Notes: generated by a model from the sequence alone, not told the origin. DNA of 64,000 bases from an uncultured Chlamydiales bacterium (GCA_963700985.1 OY969554.1:864001-928000), one strand, 5' to 3'; counted from the stretch's first letter, positions 19,081 to 29,476 are shown. Program-made: numbers and translations.

Positions 19081-19905
19081 ATGCCAGAACTTCCAGAAGT
19101 AGAAACAATTGTCCGTGAGCTAGAAGCCGAACAGATCATGGATACTAAAATCACAAAGGCAGAGATCTTTTGGCCCGGCACAATCGCTTCTTCAAGCCCG
19201 CAAGCCTTCTGCAAGCAAATCGCAGGCCGCACGATCACTAAAGTCAGTAGAAGAGGAAAATTCATCGTCTTTACGCTCTCCAAGGGCTGCCTTCTGGTGC
19301 ATCTACGTATGACGGGAAAGTTCTATCTAACTTCAGTGGAAAATGAATCCATACCACATGAACGCGCCCGGCTCTGCTTGAGTGATGGACGCATCTTGCG
19401 TTATGCCGATCAACGTAAGTTTGGCAAATGGGATCTTTTAGAGCGTGCCGAAGAAAAGTTAGATAAGCTCGGCATAGAGCCGCTATCTGAGGCTTTTACC
19501 CTTGAAACATTTCGCAATCTGATCAAAGGGCGTAAGACACAAGCCAAACCTTTTTTACTCAATCAAGCTTACATAGCTGGCCTAGGAAATATCTATGTAG
19601 ATGAAGCGCTTTGGGAAGCAAAAATCCATCCAACAAGGCCTATCGACTCGCTCAACAAACATGAGAGCGAAGCTCTTTATAAAGCCATCCCCAAAGTTTT
19701 ATCGAAGGGAATCGCACATAAAGGCACTAGCCTGGGCTCTCAAAACGCCAATTATTTCAGCGTCAGCGGAAGGCGCGGCGGCAATCAATATAAGCTGAGC
19801 GTATTTCGTCGCGATGGACTCCCCTGTCCGCGCTGCAGCTCTCAACTTATCAAAATCACACTTGTTCAACGCGGCACCCATCTTTGTTCCAACTGTCAAA
19901 TTTGA
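19081..19905 (+). CDS. mutM: Formamidopyrimidine-DNA glycosylase
   Basis: MPELPEVET, HLRMTG, GLGNIYVDE and a C-terminal Cys4 zinc finger. Confidence 0.97.
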   Translation: MPELPEVETIVRELEAEQIMDTKITKAEIFWPGTIASSSPQAFCKQIAGRTITKVSRRGKFIVFTLSKGCLLVHLRMTGKFYLTSVENESIPHERARLCLSDGRILRYADQRKFGKWDLLERAEEKLDKLGIEPLSEAFTLETFRNLIKGRKTQAKPFLLNQAYIAGLGNIYVDEALWEAKIHPTRPIDSLNKHESEALYKAIPKVLSKGIAHKGTSLGSQNANYFSVSGRRGGNQYKLSVFRRDGLPCPRCSSQLIKITLVQRGTHLCSNCQI

Positions 19906-19988
19906 GTGCATCTGCATTAAATATTTGTCAAAAAAAGCTCTTCGTCCTAATTTCTTAAAAATGCTTTAAAAACATTTTAGAGAGATAC

Positions 19989-20792
19989 ATGCCAAAAACT
20001 AAAATCAATGAAACGGGCTTATACTACGAACTTCACGGAAAAGGTGAGCCACTGGTCTTAATTGCTGGTTACGCCTGCGATATCAGCTTTTGGCAACCTA
20101 TCATTGAATCTCTCGCTAAGAATTTCAAAGTCTTAATTTTCGATAATCGAGGCGCAGGACGTAGCGATAGCCCTGACAGCACATATAGCATTGAAATGAT
20201 GGCTCAAGATGTAGTTGGGCTTATGGATGAAGCAGGTTTTCCTACTGCGCATGTCTTAGGACACTCGATGGGCGGGGCAATTGCACAAAGAATCGCATAT
20301 GCCTATCCCACTCGAGTAAAAAAGCTTGTCATCGTTAATTCATGCGCCAAATTTTCGGCTATCTGCACGATGATCAGCGACTTTTTCGTTACCTTGCGTA
20401 AAGAAGGCATTCCCGATGAACGCGTGATTCACGGAACTGCACCTTGGCTCTTCTCTGCCTCTTTTTTAGCCAATCCTAATAATCTGCAGCAGATAGCAGA
20501 CCAGATGATTCGCAATCCTTACCATCAATCTCTAATTGGGCAACGGCGCCAATGCGAAGCATTAGCCAACTTCGATTCAACTAAGTGGATGAAACAAATC
20601 AAAGCGCCTACCTTGATTCTTGCAAGTGAAGAAGATCTCCTCTGCCCTGCCAAGGATTATATGGCACTGGCCAAAGGAATTGCCGACAGTCAGCTATTTA
20701 TCTTTGAAGATCAGGCTCATGTGCCTTCGCTTGAAAGACCTGTTGAATTTACCCAAGTGGTCTCTGATTTCTTAAATAGAAAACAGGTCTAA
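19989..20792 (+). CDS. Alpha/beta fold hydrolase
   Basis: DNRGAGRS, GHSMGG nucleophile elbow and C-terminal His. Confidence 0.9.
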   Translation: MPKTKINETGLYYELHGKGEPLVLIAGYACDISFWQPIIESLAKNFKVLIFDNRGAGRSDSPDSTYSIEMMAQDVVGLMDEAGFPTAHVLGHSMGGAIAQRIAYAYPTRVKKLVIVNSCAKFSAICTMISDFFVTLRKEGIPDERVIHGTAPWLFSASFLANPNNLQQIADQMIRNPYHQSLIGQRRQCEALANFDSTKWMKQIKAPTLILASEEDLLCPAKDYMALAKGIADSQLFIFEDQAHVPSLERPVEFTQVVSDFLNRKQV

Positions 20793-20797
20793 TAAAA

Positions 20798-20825
20798 AAG
20801 GAGTAGAGATTGCTCTCTACTCCTT
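20798..20825. terminator. Bidirectional intrinsic terminator
   Basis: Perfect 12-bp stem AAGGAGTAGAGA-TTGC-TCTCTACTCCTT between convergent genes. Confidence 0.75.
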
Positions 20826-20847
20826 AGCTTTTCAAAGCGCTTAAAAA

Positions 20848-21135
20848 TTAGCGCTTCTTCTTGCACTTACAGCAAAAAACTAAGCTTAAGCCACCTGCGA
20901 TAGCCAGAACAATACCGCCGATAAACAGGTATTGTACAGTCGTATCATATTGAGATGCTTCTGAACTCATTTTACCGCCCACCATCTCTCCCATTGCATT
21001 CTTAGGAAGAAACCCCGAAGCCGTATTCACTTCGCCTTTTGCATTTGCAATGCGACCTTTTGCATATAAAGCATATGCAATAGCAGCAACGCCAACAATC
21101 AGTACAACTAAACTAACAATTCTTCTAACTTTCAT
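20848..21135 (-). CDS. Small two-TM membrane protein, similar to 43787..44128
   Basis: Two hydrophobic segments, basic tail and GAGG RBS. Confidence 0.75.
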   Translation of the reverse strand: MKVRRIVSLVVLIVGVAAIAYALYAKGRIANAKGEVNTASGFLPKNAMGEMVGGKMSSEASQYDTTVQYLFIGGIVLAIAGGLSLVFCCKCKKKR

Positions 21136-21208
21136 AAATCCTCTTTAAACATAAGTCGCCTTAATTTTCTTTCTACTAAAATAGAGAAGAAGATGTAAAG
21201 ACAATTGT

Positions 21209-22333
21209 TTAATTAAAGTGATAAGTACGCGGAATGCGCTCATTGAACAAACAGAGGATTTCATAAGGAATAGTATCGCAAAGCCTAGCAACTTCCATGA
21301 GGCTAATCTCTTCATTTCCTTGCTTTCCGATCAGGACAACTTCATCTCCGACATATACTTCACTATCGCCTACATCGACCATGAGCTGGTCCATGCAAAT
21401 AGTTCCAACGATCGGAAAGCGCTTACCGCGAATTAAGACAGAGCCGCGATTTGAAAGAGATCTTCGGTAGCCATCCCCATAGCCCACAGGAATCGTAACG
21501 ATGCGCGTGCGCTTGGAGGTGAAGTAAGAGTGCCCATAACTTACGCCCTCGCCTTGTTCGACAACTTTGAAATAAGAGACTTTGGATTTAAGTGAAAAAC
21601 AAGGGGCAATTCCCTGTAAGCCTTGAGGCAGAGTACCCGATAGATATCCAAAAGCCAAAAGAGAGGGTCTAACCATGTCGAACTGGGCAGATGGAAAATA
21701 CGTAGCGCCACCGGAGTTGGCCAAATGACGAATCAGGGGTGCTTGTTGAAAGAGAGGATCACTGAGCAGTGTGGTAAAAGCCTGAATCTGCTTGCGTGCA
21801 AAATCATCATCCGGGCGATCTGCCGTGGCTAGATGTGAATAAACACCTACAACTTCAAAGCATTCCAACCCTTTTAAATGCTGGAAGAGCTCGCGGGCTG
21901 TGCTGCTGCGAACTCCAGTTCGCTGCATGCCTGTATCTACTTCGAGGTGCACACGGCATTTTTGCCTGCTCTTTTTACACTTTTCAGCCACTAAATCAGC
22001 TTTGAATTTTGAGCTGATGCTGAATTCGAGATTAAAGTTCATTAAATCTAGAATCTGATCTTCATGAATCGCACCCAAGACCAGAATGGGTAGGCGTACA
22101 TTTGCTTCGCGAAGTTCCACGCCTTCTTGCAAGTGGGCCACAGCCAGATAGTCGATACCAACCTCTTCAGCCGCCTTACCAATCGCGCATAAACCATGTC
22201 CATAAGCATTGGCCTTAACTGGTAAACAGAACAAACGCTCTCCCAAGTGAGAGCGGATAAGCGAGACATTCTTGCGAAATTGATTGAGATCGATTTCTAT
22301 CCAAGAGGGGTGGGGAAATTTTTGCTGCGACAT
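21209..22333 (-). CDS. alr: Alanine racemase
   Basis: VKANAYGHG (PLP Lys), DTGMQRTG, HLANSG, GYGDGY and ICMDQ motifs. Confidence 0.96.
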   Translation of the reverse strand: MSQQKFPHPSWIEIDLNQFRKNVSLIRSHLGERLFCLPVKANAYGHGLCAIGKAAEEVGIDYLAVAHLQEGVELREANVRLPILVLGAIHEDQILDLMNFNLEFSISSKFKADLVAEKCKKSRQKCRVHLEVDTGMQRTGVRSSTARELFQHLKGLECFEVVGVYSHLATADRPDDDFARKQIQAFTTLLSDPLFQQAPLIRHLANSGGATYFPSAQFDMVRPSLLAFGYLSGTLPQGLQGIAPCFSLKSKVSYFKVVEQGEGVSYGHSYFTSKRTRIVTIPVGYGDGYRRSLSNRGSVLIRGKRFPIVGTICMDQLMVDVGDSEVYVGDEVVLIGKQGNEEISLMEVARLCDTIPYEILCLFNERIPRTYHFN

Positions 22334-22338
22334 AAGGC

Positions 22339-23148
22339 CTATTTACGCGTGGCTTTGATATCAAACACAAAAGGCACACCCTGCTCTGAGAACAGTTTCT
22401 GCTCTTTTTCGAAATATTTATCAGCGAGATCTTGGAAGCCGCCTTTCTGACGAAAATCTTGTAAAAAGTTATTCACTTGAGGTAGAAGATCTTTATCATC
22501 GAGCCTAAGACCTATCGCCCAATACTCCTCGATAAAAGGCCGTAGATTAGCGCGAGTAGCATCGGGATATTTCTGCCAATCTTTTAAAATCGAGAATTGA
22601 TCATAGATAAAAGCGTTGCATTTACCTTGCACAACTTCAAGCACACAGCTCGATTCACGATCTAAAGACATTACCTTGGCATTCTTGAAAAACTTACGCG
22701 CAAAAACTTCTCCAGTGGTGCCTATTTTAACCACGATCTTATTACCAACTTCATCCAGCGCTTCAACAGTCTCGCCAAGCGTTTTTTTGTTGATAAGCAG
22801 GCAGAGCCCGGTAGCGAGATAGGGATGCGAGAAAGCAATACTCTTCTGACGTTCTGGAGTGATGGTCATAGAAGAAATAATCAGATCTATCTTTTTAGAT
22901 TTCAGAGCAGGGATGAGCCCGACAAAGGGAATATTTTCAATCTTAACCTGACGGTTTAAATAGGTGCCAAGCGCCTCAGCTAAATCTACGCTTACGCCCC
23001 AAGGCTTACCTTGAGTGTCAATGGTTTCAAAAGGATAATAAGAGAGTTCCATGCCCACAATAAGTGGTTTCTCTTCTTTGGCAAATAGCGGTGATGCCAA
23101 AAGCATTAGACAGCAGAAATAACGTCTGATTTTTAATATTGGGCGCAT
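22339..23148 (-). CDS. Amino-acid ABC transporter substrate-binding protein (family 3)
   Basis: Signal peptide; YYPFE, SSMTITPER and GTTG motifs. Confidence 0.92.
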   Translation of the reverse strand: MRPILKIRRYFCCLMLLASPLFAKEEKPLIVGMELSYYPFETIDTQGKPWGVSVDLAEALGTYLNRQVKIENIPFVGLIPALKSKKIDLIISSMTITPERQKSIAFSHPYLATGLCLLINKKTLGETVEALDEVGNKIVVKIGTTGEVFARKFFKNAKVMSLDRESSCVLEVVQGKCNAFIYDQFSILKDWQKYPDATRANLRPFIEEYWAIGLRLDDKDLLPQVNNFLQDFRQKGGFQDLADKYFEKEQKLFSEQGVPFVFDIKATRK

Positions 23149-23149
23149 A

Positions 23150-23881
23150 TCAATACTTAAGCACTTTTGCAAGATAATCGGCAACTAGAGGCTCTTTTGG
23201 ATGTTCGACCAGATCTTTTGTGGCTCCCACTTCGATCAGTTTACCATGATCGATAAAGGCCAGATTATCAGCAGTTTTCAACAAAAAATTAATGTGATGG
23301 CTCACCAAAATAAAAGCGATGCCTTCATTTTTAAGTTCTACCACCAAATCGAGCACCTCTGAAGTCATAAGAGGATCCAAGGCGGAAGTAGGTTCATCCA
23401 AAAGAAGTAAAAAAGGCTTATTGGCTACAGCGCGGATGATGGCTACGCGTTGACACTGACCTCCAGAAAGCTCATGTGGTTTTTTATGCGCATGCGCCTG
23501 CAGACCAAAGCGCTTGAGAAGAGCATCACCAGTTGCCTCTGCCTCCTCTTTTGATTTGCCATGTACGCGATATAAAGGAAGCACGATATTTTCTAGAGCT
23601 GAAAGATGCGGAAAAAGGTTCCAAGATTGGAAAACAATGCCCAATGAGCGTCGAAAAACAAGCAACTTTTTCATCACATCAAAAGGGATTTTTGCATCAT
23701 TAAGAAAGATCTCACCCTCATCGGGTTCAATTAACCCAGCCAGAATTTTAAGGAGGGTAGATTTCCCACCTCCCGATGGGCCCAAAATACCCAGCACACT
23801 AAAATCTACAGATAGCGAAATTGACTTCAGTAGATGATGCCCAGCCAGCGACTTATCGAGCTTGCGAATTTCAAGCTTCAT
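23150..23881 (-). CDS. Amino-acid ABC transporter ATP-binding protein
   Basis: GPSGGGKST, LSGGQCQR and LLDEPTSALDP motifs. Confidence 0.93.
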   Translation of the reverse strand: MKLEIRKLDKSLAGHHLLKSISLSVDFSVLGILGPSGGGKSTLLKILAGLIEPDEGEIFLNDAKIPFDVMKKLLVFRRSLGIVFQSWNLFPHLSALENIVLPLYRVHGKSKEEAEATGDALLKRFGLQAHAHKKPHELSGGQCQRVAIIRAVANKPFLLLLDEPTSALDPLMTSEVLDLVVELKNEGIAFILVSHHINFLLKTADNLAFIDHGKLIEVGATKDLVEHPKEPLVADYLAKVLKY

Positions 23882-24632
23882 GCTTGGTCCTCTTTTCTAA
23901 ATAGCGACTGAAAAAAGAGACAGGAAAGGTCAGCAAGAGATAGCCGAGTGCCAATGGAAAATAACATTCAAGCGTGCTAAAGGTAGCGCTGCTTACCTGC
24001 TGCGCTGCATAGGTAAATTCGCTAATTCCTAGGATGGATAAGAGCGATGAATCTTTTATGATCGATGAAAACTGCCCTGCCAAGGGTGGAAGAATTTGAC
24101 GAAAGGCGATAGGGAAAATCACGAAGCGGTAGGTCTGCCCTTTGGTTAATCCGAGGGAATAGGCCGATTCAAGCAAGGTTTTGCGCGTATTTTCAATGCC
24201 AGAGCGCAAAATTTCTGCAATGTATGCCCCGCTGAAAATCGATAACGTTAAGACTCCCACAAAATAGCGATTTTGAATATTTACCGCCGAGGCCACTACA
24301 TAAAAGAAAAAGAGCAGTTGCACTAGCAGCGGCGTACCGCGAATGATCTCGATATATACTTGAGCTAAATAGCGTAGAGCCAGGATTTTTGACTGGCGCA
24401 TGAGGCTGAAAATTAAACCGATGGCGAGGCTTAAAGCTAGGCTGGCTAGAGAGATCCAAATTGTCGTTAACCAGCCATTTAAGAAAACATGACGATAATT
24501 CCAAATCGCATCCCAATTGTAGACCTGCGTAAAAAGTGCAGCACAAAAAAGCACGCTGAACAGGGCCAAAATCAGGATAAAATTCAGTACTTTGGAAGTA
24601 CTTGTAGTAGAAAGAGGGGCAAGTTCGGTCAT
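23871..24632 (-). CDS. Amino-acid ABC transporter permease
   Basis: RGTPLLVQL, AYIAEILRSG and KDSSL motifs. Confidence 0.93.
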   Translation of the reverse strand: MTELAPLSTTSTSKVLNFILILALFSVLFCAALFTQVYNWDAIWNYRHVFLNGWLTTIWISLASLALSLAIGLIFSLMRQSKILALRYLAQVYIEIIRGTPLLVQLLFFFYVVASAVNIQNRYFVGVLTLSIFSGAYIAEILRSGIENTRKTLLESAYSLGLTKGQTYRFVIFPIAFRQILPPLAGQFSSIIKDSSLLSILGISEFTYAAQQVSSATFSTLECYFPLALGYLLLTFPVSFFSRYLEKRTKHEA

Positions 24633-24670
24633 AAATGGAGATATTAAAGACTTTTCGTCTTTTCGAATAG

Positions 24671-24705
24671 ATTTTTAAGGTCGCCTTTAAGGCGACCTTA
24701 AAAAT
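24671..24705. terminator. Long perfect inverted repeat, probable terminator of the desaturase gene
   Basis: ATTTTTAAGGTCGCCTT-T-AAGGCGACCTTAAAAAT (17-bp arms). Confidence 0.65.
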
Positions 24706-24734
24706 AAGCAGAGCTAGCTTTTAGATGAGAAAAT

Positions 24735-25880
24735 TTAAGAAGTGATCATGCTCTCAATGCGCGGGATATGATCGACAATCTCTTTAGTCAGCTGCTGCCA
24801 AGATTTCCAGTCGGCTTTCACTGTTTTCTTCATGGATTTGATCTCCATATTCAGCTGCTTTAACATCTCTCTTGGCTTGCGTTCAGCCTTATAAGATTTG
24901 TATTGTTGCAGCAATTCAGAAAAGCTAGCGAATTTACCGAGAAGATCTTTGACAATCTCGTCGATTTTTTCTTCGAAATGAACGCGACTGACAGACAGGT
25001 AATCCTTTGCTTTTTCAATCAATTCTTCTTTCTGCTCGGCCAAAATACATTCTTGAATACGCACCAGGTTTACACGTCTTAAACTATGTGCGAGTTTGCA
25101 TTTAGACAAGAGCCAGATGAGCCATTTTGTCGGGTCGAACTGGTACCAGTAAACACCATTGCGATAGTCGTTTGCAAAGGTGTGGTGATAGTTATGATAG
25201 CCCTCACCAAAAGTGAACACGCCCATGATGTAATTATCCACAGCCGAGTGCTCTTGACTGAAGCTCTGACTGCCCCAAGTGTGGGCAGCTGAGTTGATGA
25301 ACCAAGTGAAATGGTGGAGCACGAAAAGACGAACGCCCCATCCAAAGACAAAGGCGCTTAGATAGTCGTTAAAGAAATAACCCATGACCAAAAACGCCAA
25401 TGTGTTAGTCAAAAACATCAAAGGCACATAAAACTTATGTTGGAACGCTAATAAGCGGTTCTTCTTTAGATCGGCAATAACTTTGTAGTCAATCGGTTCA
25501 GCTTTCTCAAACAGCCATAAGAAGTGAGCATACCAGAAGCCTTTCTTGATTGAATAAGGATCGCGGTCAGTGTCGACAAAAGCATGGTGTTTACGGTGAT
25601 CGCTTGCCCACTTGAAAGCGCTACCCTGAGTAGCAATGGTGGCAAAAAAGAGCAGAACTGCTTCAACAACGGGATTAGTTTTATAGCTCAAGTGAGAATA
25701 GAGCCTATGATATCCTGTTGTAACCGCCATTCCAGAAATATACATCAGCAATCCACTAACCACACAGATTCCTACTGAGGGTGAGTGATTCATGAAATAG
25801 ATAGGTAGGCCAATTAAGAGGGCCAGATGATATCCCACTAGAAAAATGATTACACCCCAATCGAGCTTCTTGCCGTTCAT
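24735..25880 (-). CDS. Delta-9-type membrane fatty acid (acyl-CoA) desaturase
   Basis: His boxes HRLYSH, HRKHH and HNYHH; INSAAH; coiled-coil C-terminus. Confidence 0.92.
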   Translation of the reverse strand: MNGKKLDWGVIIFLVGYHLALLIGLPIYFMNHSPSVGICVVSGLLMYISGMAVTTGYHRLYSHLSYKTNPVVEAVLLFFATIATQGSAFKWASDHRKHHAFVDTDRDPYSIKKGFWYAHFLWLFEKAEPIDYKVIADLKKNRLLAFQHKFYVPLMFLTNTLAFLVMGYFFNDYLSAFVFGWGVRLFVLHHFTWFINSAAHTWGSQSFSQEHSAVDNYIMGVFTFGEGYHNYHHTFANDYRNGVYWYQFDPTKWLIWLLSKCKLAHSLRRVNLVRIQECILAEQKEELIEKAKDYLSVSRVHFEEKIDEIVKDLLGKFASFSELLQQYKSYKAERKPREMLKQLNMEIKSMKKTVKADWKSWQQLTKEIVDHIPRIESMITS

Positions 25881-26088
25881 AAGTTTCCTATATTTTTTGA
25901 TCTTTTGACCAGTATAGCAGCTCTAGAATGTCTTTACAAACTAGATCTTCCGAAAGCATTAGACTTTTATTTAAATCTCTATGAAAAAAAGCCTTTTTCC
26001 TCAATTTCCCTACTAAATGATAGGTTCTCATTGCCATTTGAATTTATTTTACATAACTTCAAAAAAATAACTGTTCAATACAATTTTT

Positions 26089-26913
26089 ATGACGCTAGCT
26101 AAAAAACACGAATCGCTTGATGCCATAGAAGTCAAAGAGCTGTCACATTACTTCAATTCTCATCCAGCTGTGGATAAGATTTCATTTAGCGTTGCAACTG
26201 GCACAGTTTTCGGTCTTTTAGGCCCAAATGGTGCTGGCAAAAGTACGACCATCAAAATGCTCACCACTCTTTTGCCTCCCACTTCCGGAAGCGCACAAGT
26301 CCTGGGGTATGACATTGTTCAATCACCGGCCTTAATCCGGCAAAAAATCGGCTATGTCCCTCAGCTTCTCAGCGCTGATGGCGATCTAACTGGCTATGAG
26401 AACCTCTCGATCTCCGCAAAACTCTATGGGCTTCCAAAAGAGATTCGAAAAAAACGCATGAACGAAGTGTTAAATTTCATGGGGCTTTTAGGAGCTCAAA
26501 ACCAATTAGTAAACCAGTATTCAGGAGGCATGATTCGCCGTTTAGAAATTGCTCAGGCGCTTGTGCATAATCCTCAATTGCTATTTCTCGATGAACCCAC
26601 CGTAGGTCTCGACCCATCCGCGCGTAGCATTCTCTGGGAGCACATCCAAGAGTGGCGGCGTAACACAAAAGGCACAATTCTTCTCACCACACATGACATG
26701 GAAGAGGCTGATAAAATTTGTGATATTGTGGCGTTCATGCACTTAGGTCAGATCGTAGCCATGGATACCCCGGAAAACTTGAAAAGATCTTTAGGGCCAA
26801 AAGCCACCCTAGATGACGTCTTTATTCACAACACAGGCACATCCGTTAAAAAAGAAGGGGGCGATTATCAGAATGTCAAGCAAGTCAGACGTACAATCTC
26901 AAGGTTGGACTAA
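26089..26913 (+). CDS. ABC-2 (DrrA-like) exporter ATP-binding protein
   Basis: GPNGAGKSTT, YSGGMIRRLE, FLDEPTVGLDP and TTHDMEEA motifs. Confidence 0.93.
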   Translation: MTLAKKHESLDAIEVKELSHYFNSHPAVDKISFSVATGTVFGLLGPNGAGKSTTIKMLTTLLPPTSGSAQVLGYDIVQSPALIRQKIGYVPQLLSADGDLTGYENLSISAKLYGLPKEIRKKRMNEVLNFMGLLGAQNQLVNQYSGGMIRRLEIAQALVHNPQLLFLDEPTVGLDPSARSILWEHIQEWRRNTKGTILLTTHDMEEADKICDIVAFMHLGQIVAMDTPENLKRSLGPKATLDDVFIHNTGTSVKKEGGDYQNVKQVRRTISRLD

Positions 26914-27676
26914 ACACTGGATCCAAATTTGCGCTGTAGTGGAAGCCGATATTCGTAAATTAAGGCACGATCCATCTGAACTACTGACACGTATGATCCA
27001 ACCGATTCTCTGGCTAATGATTTATGGTCAGGCTATGGCAAACACACGCGCTATCCCAACTGGAAAACTCTCATACATCGATTACATCACGCCTGGGATT
27101 TTAGCTCAGAGTACGCTTTTCATTTCTATCTTTTATGGGATCTCTTTAATCTGGGAACGTGACATGGGTATTTTACATCGAGTACTGGTCACACCGACGC
27201 CCCGTTCTTTCCTGGTTTTGGGCCGCGCCTTTGCCGGCAGTCTACGTGCACTGTCTCAAATCCTCGTGATCTACCCCATCGCAATAATGCTAGGGGTAAA
27301 TCTACGCTTCGACTTTTTAGCTCTTTTGGGAGTATGCGGGATGGTCTTGATCGGTGGAGCACTCTTTTCTACCTTCTCTCTGCTTGTGGCTTTGATTGTA
27401 AAAAAGCGCGAACGTTTTATGGGCTTAGGCCAGGTGATAACCCTGCCGCTTTTCTTTGCAAGTAACGCACTCTATCCAATTGAAATCATGCCTTCTTGGA
27501 TCCGCACGTTTTCTATATTTAATCCTCTCACCTATCAAGTAGATGCGATGCGCTCTCTGATGGTTGTCGGAGAGCCAAGCTATTATGGCTTACCTTTCGA
27601 TTTCGGCATTAGCTTGCTGATCTTTGTGATTCTGCTCGCGATTGCCAGTTGGAATTACCCCAAGATCATTTACTAA
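26873..27676 (+). CDS. ABC-2 type permease
   Basis: Six-TM pattern with FASNALYP and NPLTY motifs; start set at ATG 26873. Confidence 0.9.
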   Translation: MSSKSDVQSQGWTKHWIQICAVVEADIRKLRHDPSELLTRMIQPILWLMIYGQAMANTRAIPTGKLSYIDYITPGILAQSTLFISIFYGISLIWERDMGILHRVLVTPTPRSFLVLGRAFAGSLRALSQILVIYPIAIMLGVNLRFDFLALLGVCGMVLIGGALFSTFSLLVALIVKKRERFMGLGQVITLPLFFASNALYPIEIMPSWIRTFSIFNPLTYQVDAMRSLMVVGEPSYYGLPFDFGISLLIFVILLAIASWNYPKIIY

Positions 27677-29188
27677 AGACCTGCGTTTGGCAACGCAATT
27701 TTTTAACCACGCACAAACCGAGCGCGGCGTAACTTTTCCCGTTGCCGGATCAAAACTATAAAAGCCAAAACGCACAGACCAAGCTTTTAACCACTCTAAA
27801 TTGTCGATCAACGTCCAGAAATACAGCGCACGTACAGGCACGCCATCATCAATCGCCTTTTGTATGACTTGAAAGATCTTATCGAAATAGAGGATTCGCG
27901 CTTGATCGTTAGAATCTGTATTGATTCCCGTATCGATTCCAATTTCAGTGAGTTCGATGGGCACGTTCAGTGCGCGTAACTCTTCAAGCGCAGAGGCAAG
28001 TCCCTCAGGAAAAGTGCGGTAATCATACGAGGTAAGTTTTTCTTCAGGAATACGACTCGCCGATTTAGCTCCCGTCATAGAAAGTTTAATAAGCGGATCG
28101 GTGTAGTATTGCAGGCCTATGAAATCGAGATGCGGCCGCTTAGGTCTTGTAAAAGACTGCTTAGTTAAAAAGGGAATGTTTAAGGTAAAGATGCCCGTCT
28201 TAAAAAAGCGCATAAAAGCGCCATGATAAATTTCTGTGAGATAGTGACAAACCACCCGTTCAGCTGGAGAGTATAAAGGATTCCATTTGTGATAATATTC
28301 AAAGCGCAGCGGATTATGCGCGATGCCAATTTCAAAGTCTGGATGCCTTTGTTTTAAAACTTCATAGACTAGATCATGTGCAAGCATCATGTGCTTAAGC
28401 GCAAGTCCCGCGCCTTTAAAGTCACCTTTGCGGTGCGGAGGAAAAGCTCCCTGTACCCAGCCTTGAAATACTACGATTGTAGGCTCATTTATGGTGATGA
28501 TTTTACGCACGCCTTCTGCATAAAGAACCTCAGAGACTGCTTCGGCATAGCGCACAAAGCCCTCTACATCTTCTAAGCGCTCCCAACTAAAATAGAGAGG
28601 ATCATTGAAATGGTAAAGGGTAACCATGGGTTCAATCCCCTTCGCCTTAAGCTTGCGGCAAAAATGACGGTAATGCTGCAAAGCCTCTTGATCGTAAGGT
28701 TGCCCAAGCTCTGGTTCAACTTTATCTCGGCCCACAGAAAAGCGGAATTTCTTCACGCCCAATTCGCATAATCTCTCAATCACTTGATCGGGATTGTTCC
28801 ACATATCGGGCATTTTCCCCAAAGAACCGATAGTTTCACTATTGCGCGCATAATGCTGCTGCCAGTTTGTATTCGGATGTCTGCCCGGTCCATTATCCTG
28901 AAAATCAGATGTGGCAAATCCAATTTCGACGGGGGCCGCTTCCATGAGCTGCTCATTCCATTTCGGGTCACGGTAAAAGTCCATGAGAGCAGAAGCGCGA
29001 ACATTTTGCTTTGATAAGCGGCTCTGTAACAAAGAAAAGGGAGCTGTGAGAAGTGTCGCATTTAAACTTAAGCAAAACTTACACATTTGATAAATTAGGC
29101 CAGCAGACTTCTTAAGCCATTGACCTTCAATTGGAAGCAGACTCGCTTCTAAATGCTTTCGACTCCATAAAAAAGTTTTTTTAAGCAA
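27590..29188 (-). CDS. Glycoside hydrolase family 1 (beta-glucosidase-like)
   Basis: FRFS, PMVTLYHF, TINEP (acid/base), LTEIG (nucleophile variant), WTLIDNLEW and RFG motifs; 3' end overlaps the permease. Confidence 0.88.
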   Translation of the reverse strand: MLKKTFLWSRKHLEASLLPIEGQWLKKSAGLIYQMCKFCLSLNATLLTAPFSLLQSRLSKQNVRASALMDFYRDPKWNEQLMEAAPVEIGFATSDFQDNGPGRHPNTNWQQHYARNSETIGSLGKMPDMWNNPDQVIERLCELGVKKFRFSVGRDKVEPELGQPYDQEALQHYRHFCRKLKAKGIEPMVTLYHFNDPLYFSWERLEDVEGFVRYAEAVSEVLYAEGVRKIITINEPTIVVFQGWVQGAFPPHRKGDFKGAGLALKHMMLAHDLVYEVLKQRHPDFEIGIAHNPLRFEYYHKWNPLYSPAERVVCHYLTEIYHGAFMRFFKTGIFTLNIPFLTKQSFTRPKRPHLDFIGLQYYTDPLIKLSMTGAKSASRIPEEKLTSYDYRTFPEGLASALEELRALNVPIELTEIGIDTGINTDSNDQARILYFDKIFQVIQKAIDDGVPVRALYFWTLIDNLEWLKAWSVRFGFYSFDPATGKVTPRSVCAWLKNCVAKRRSLVNDLGVIPTGNREQNHKDQQANAEIER

Positions 29189-29338
29189 AACAAAACCTCT
29201 TAAATATAAAACGGAATTATACCATTTCTGGCAATTCTAGCGCGATAATGAATCATTATGCAATAAAAATATTTTTATAAATCAATTTTAGCTATATGAA
29301 AAAGAATAGGCGTTTTAAAAAAAGCAAAGAGGCCAAGC

Positions 29339-29476
29339 ATGTTCGTAGTAATTAATCCTATCATCTCACTGATCGCCGGAATACTGATCTTGATCTTTCC
29401 CGCTATCCTTAACTATATCGTCGCTTTTTATCTCATCATCATCGGCCTCATCGGCATCCTAGGAAGAATGCAATAA
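29339..29476 (+). CDS. DUF3096-like small membrane protein (45 aa, absent from ORF track)
   Basis: Translated MFVVINPIISLIAGILILIFPAILNYIVAFYLIIIGLIGILGRMQ; GAGG RBS; matches the AGILIL..P..LNYIVA.YLI pattern. Confidence 0.8.
   Translation: MFVVINPIISLIAGILILIFPAILNYIVAFYLIIIGLIGILGRMQ

Noticed and set aside
25905-26102. 65-aa ORF between the desaturase and ABC genes
   Set aside because: AT-rich divergent promoter region, non-ATG start, no RBS or motif.
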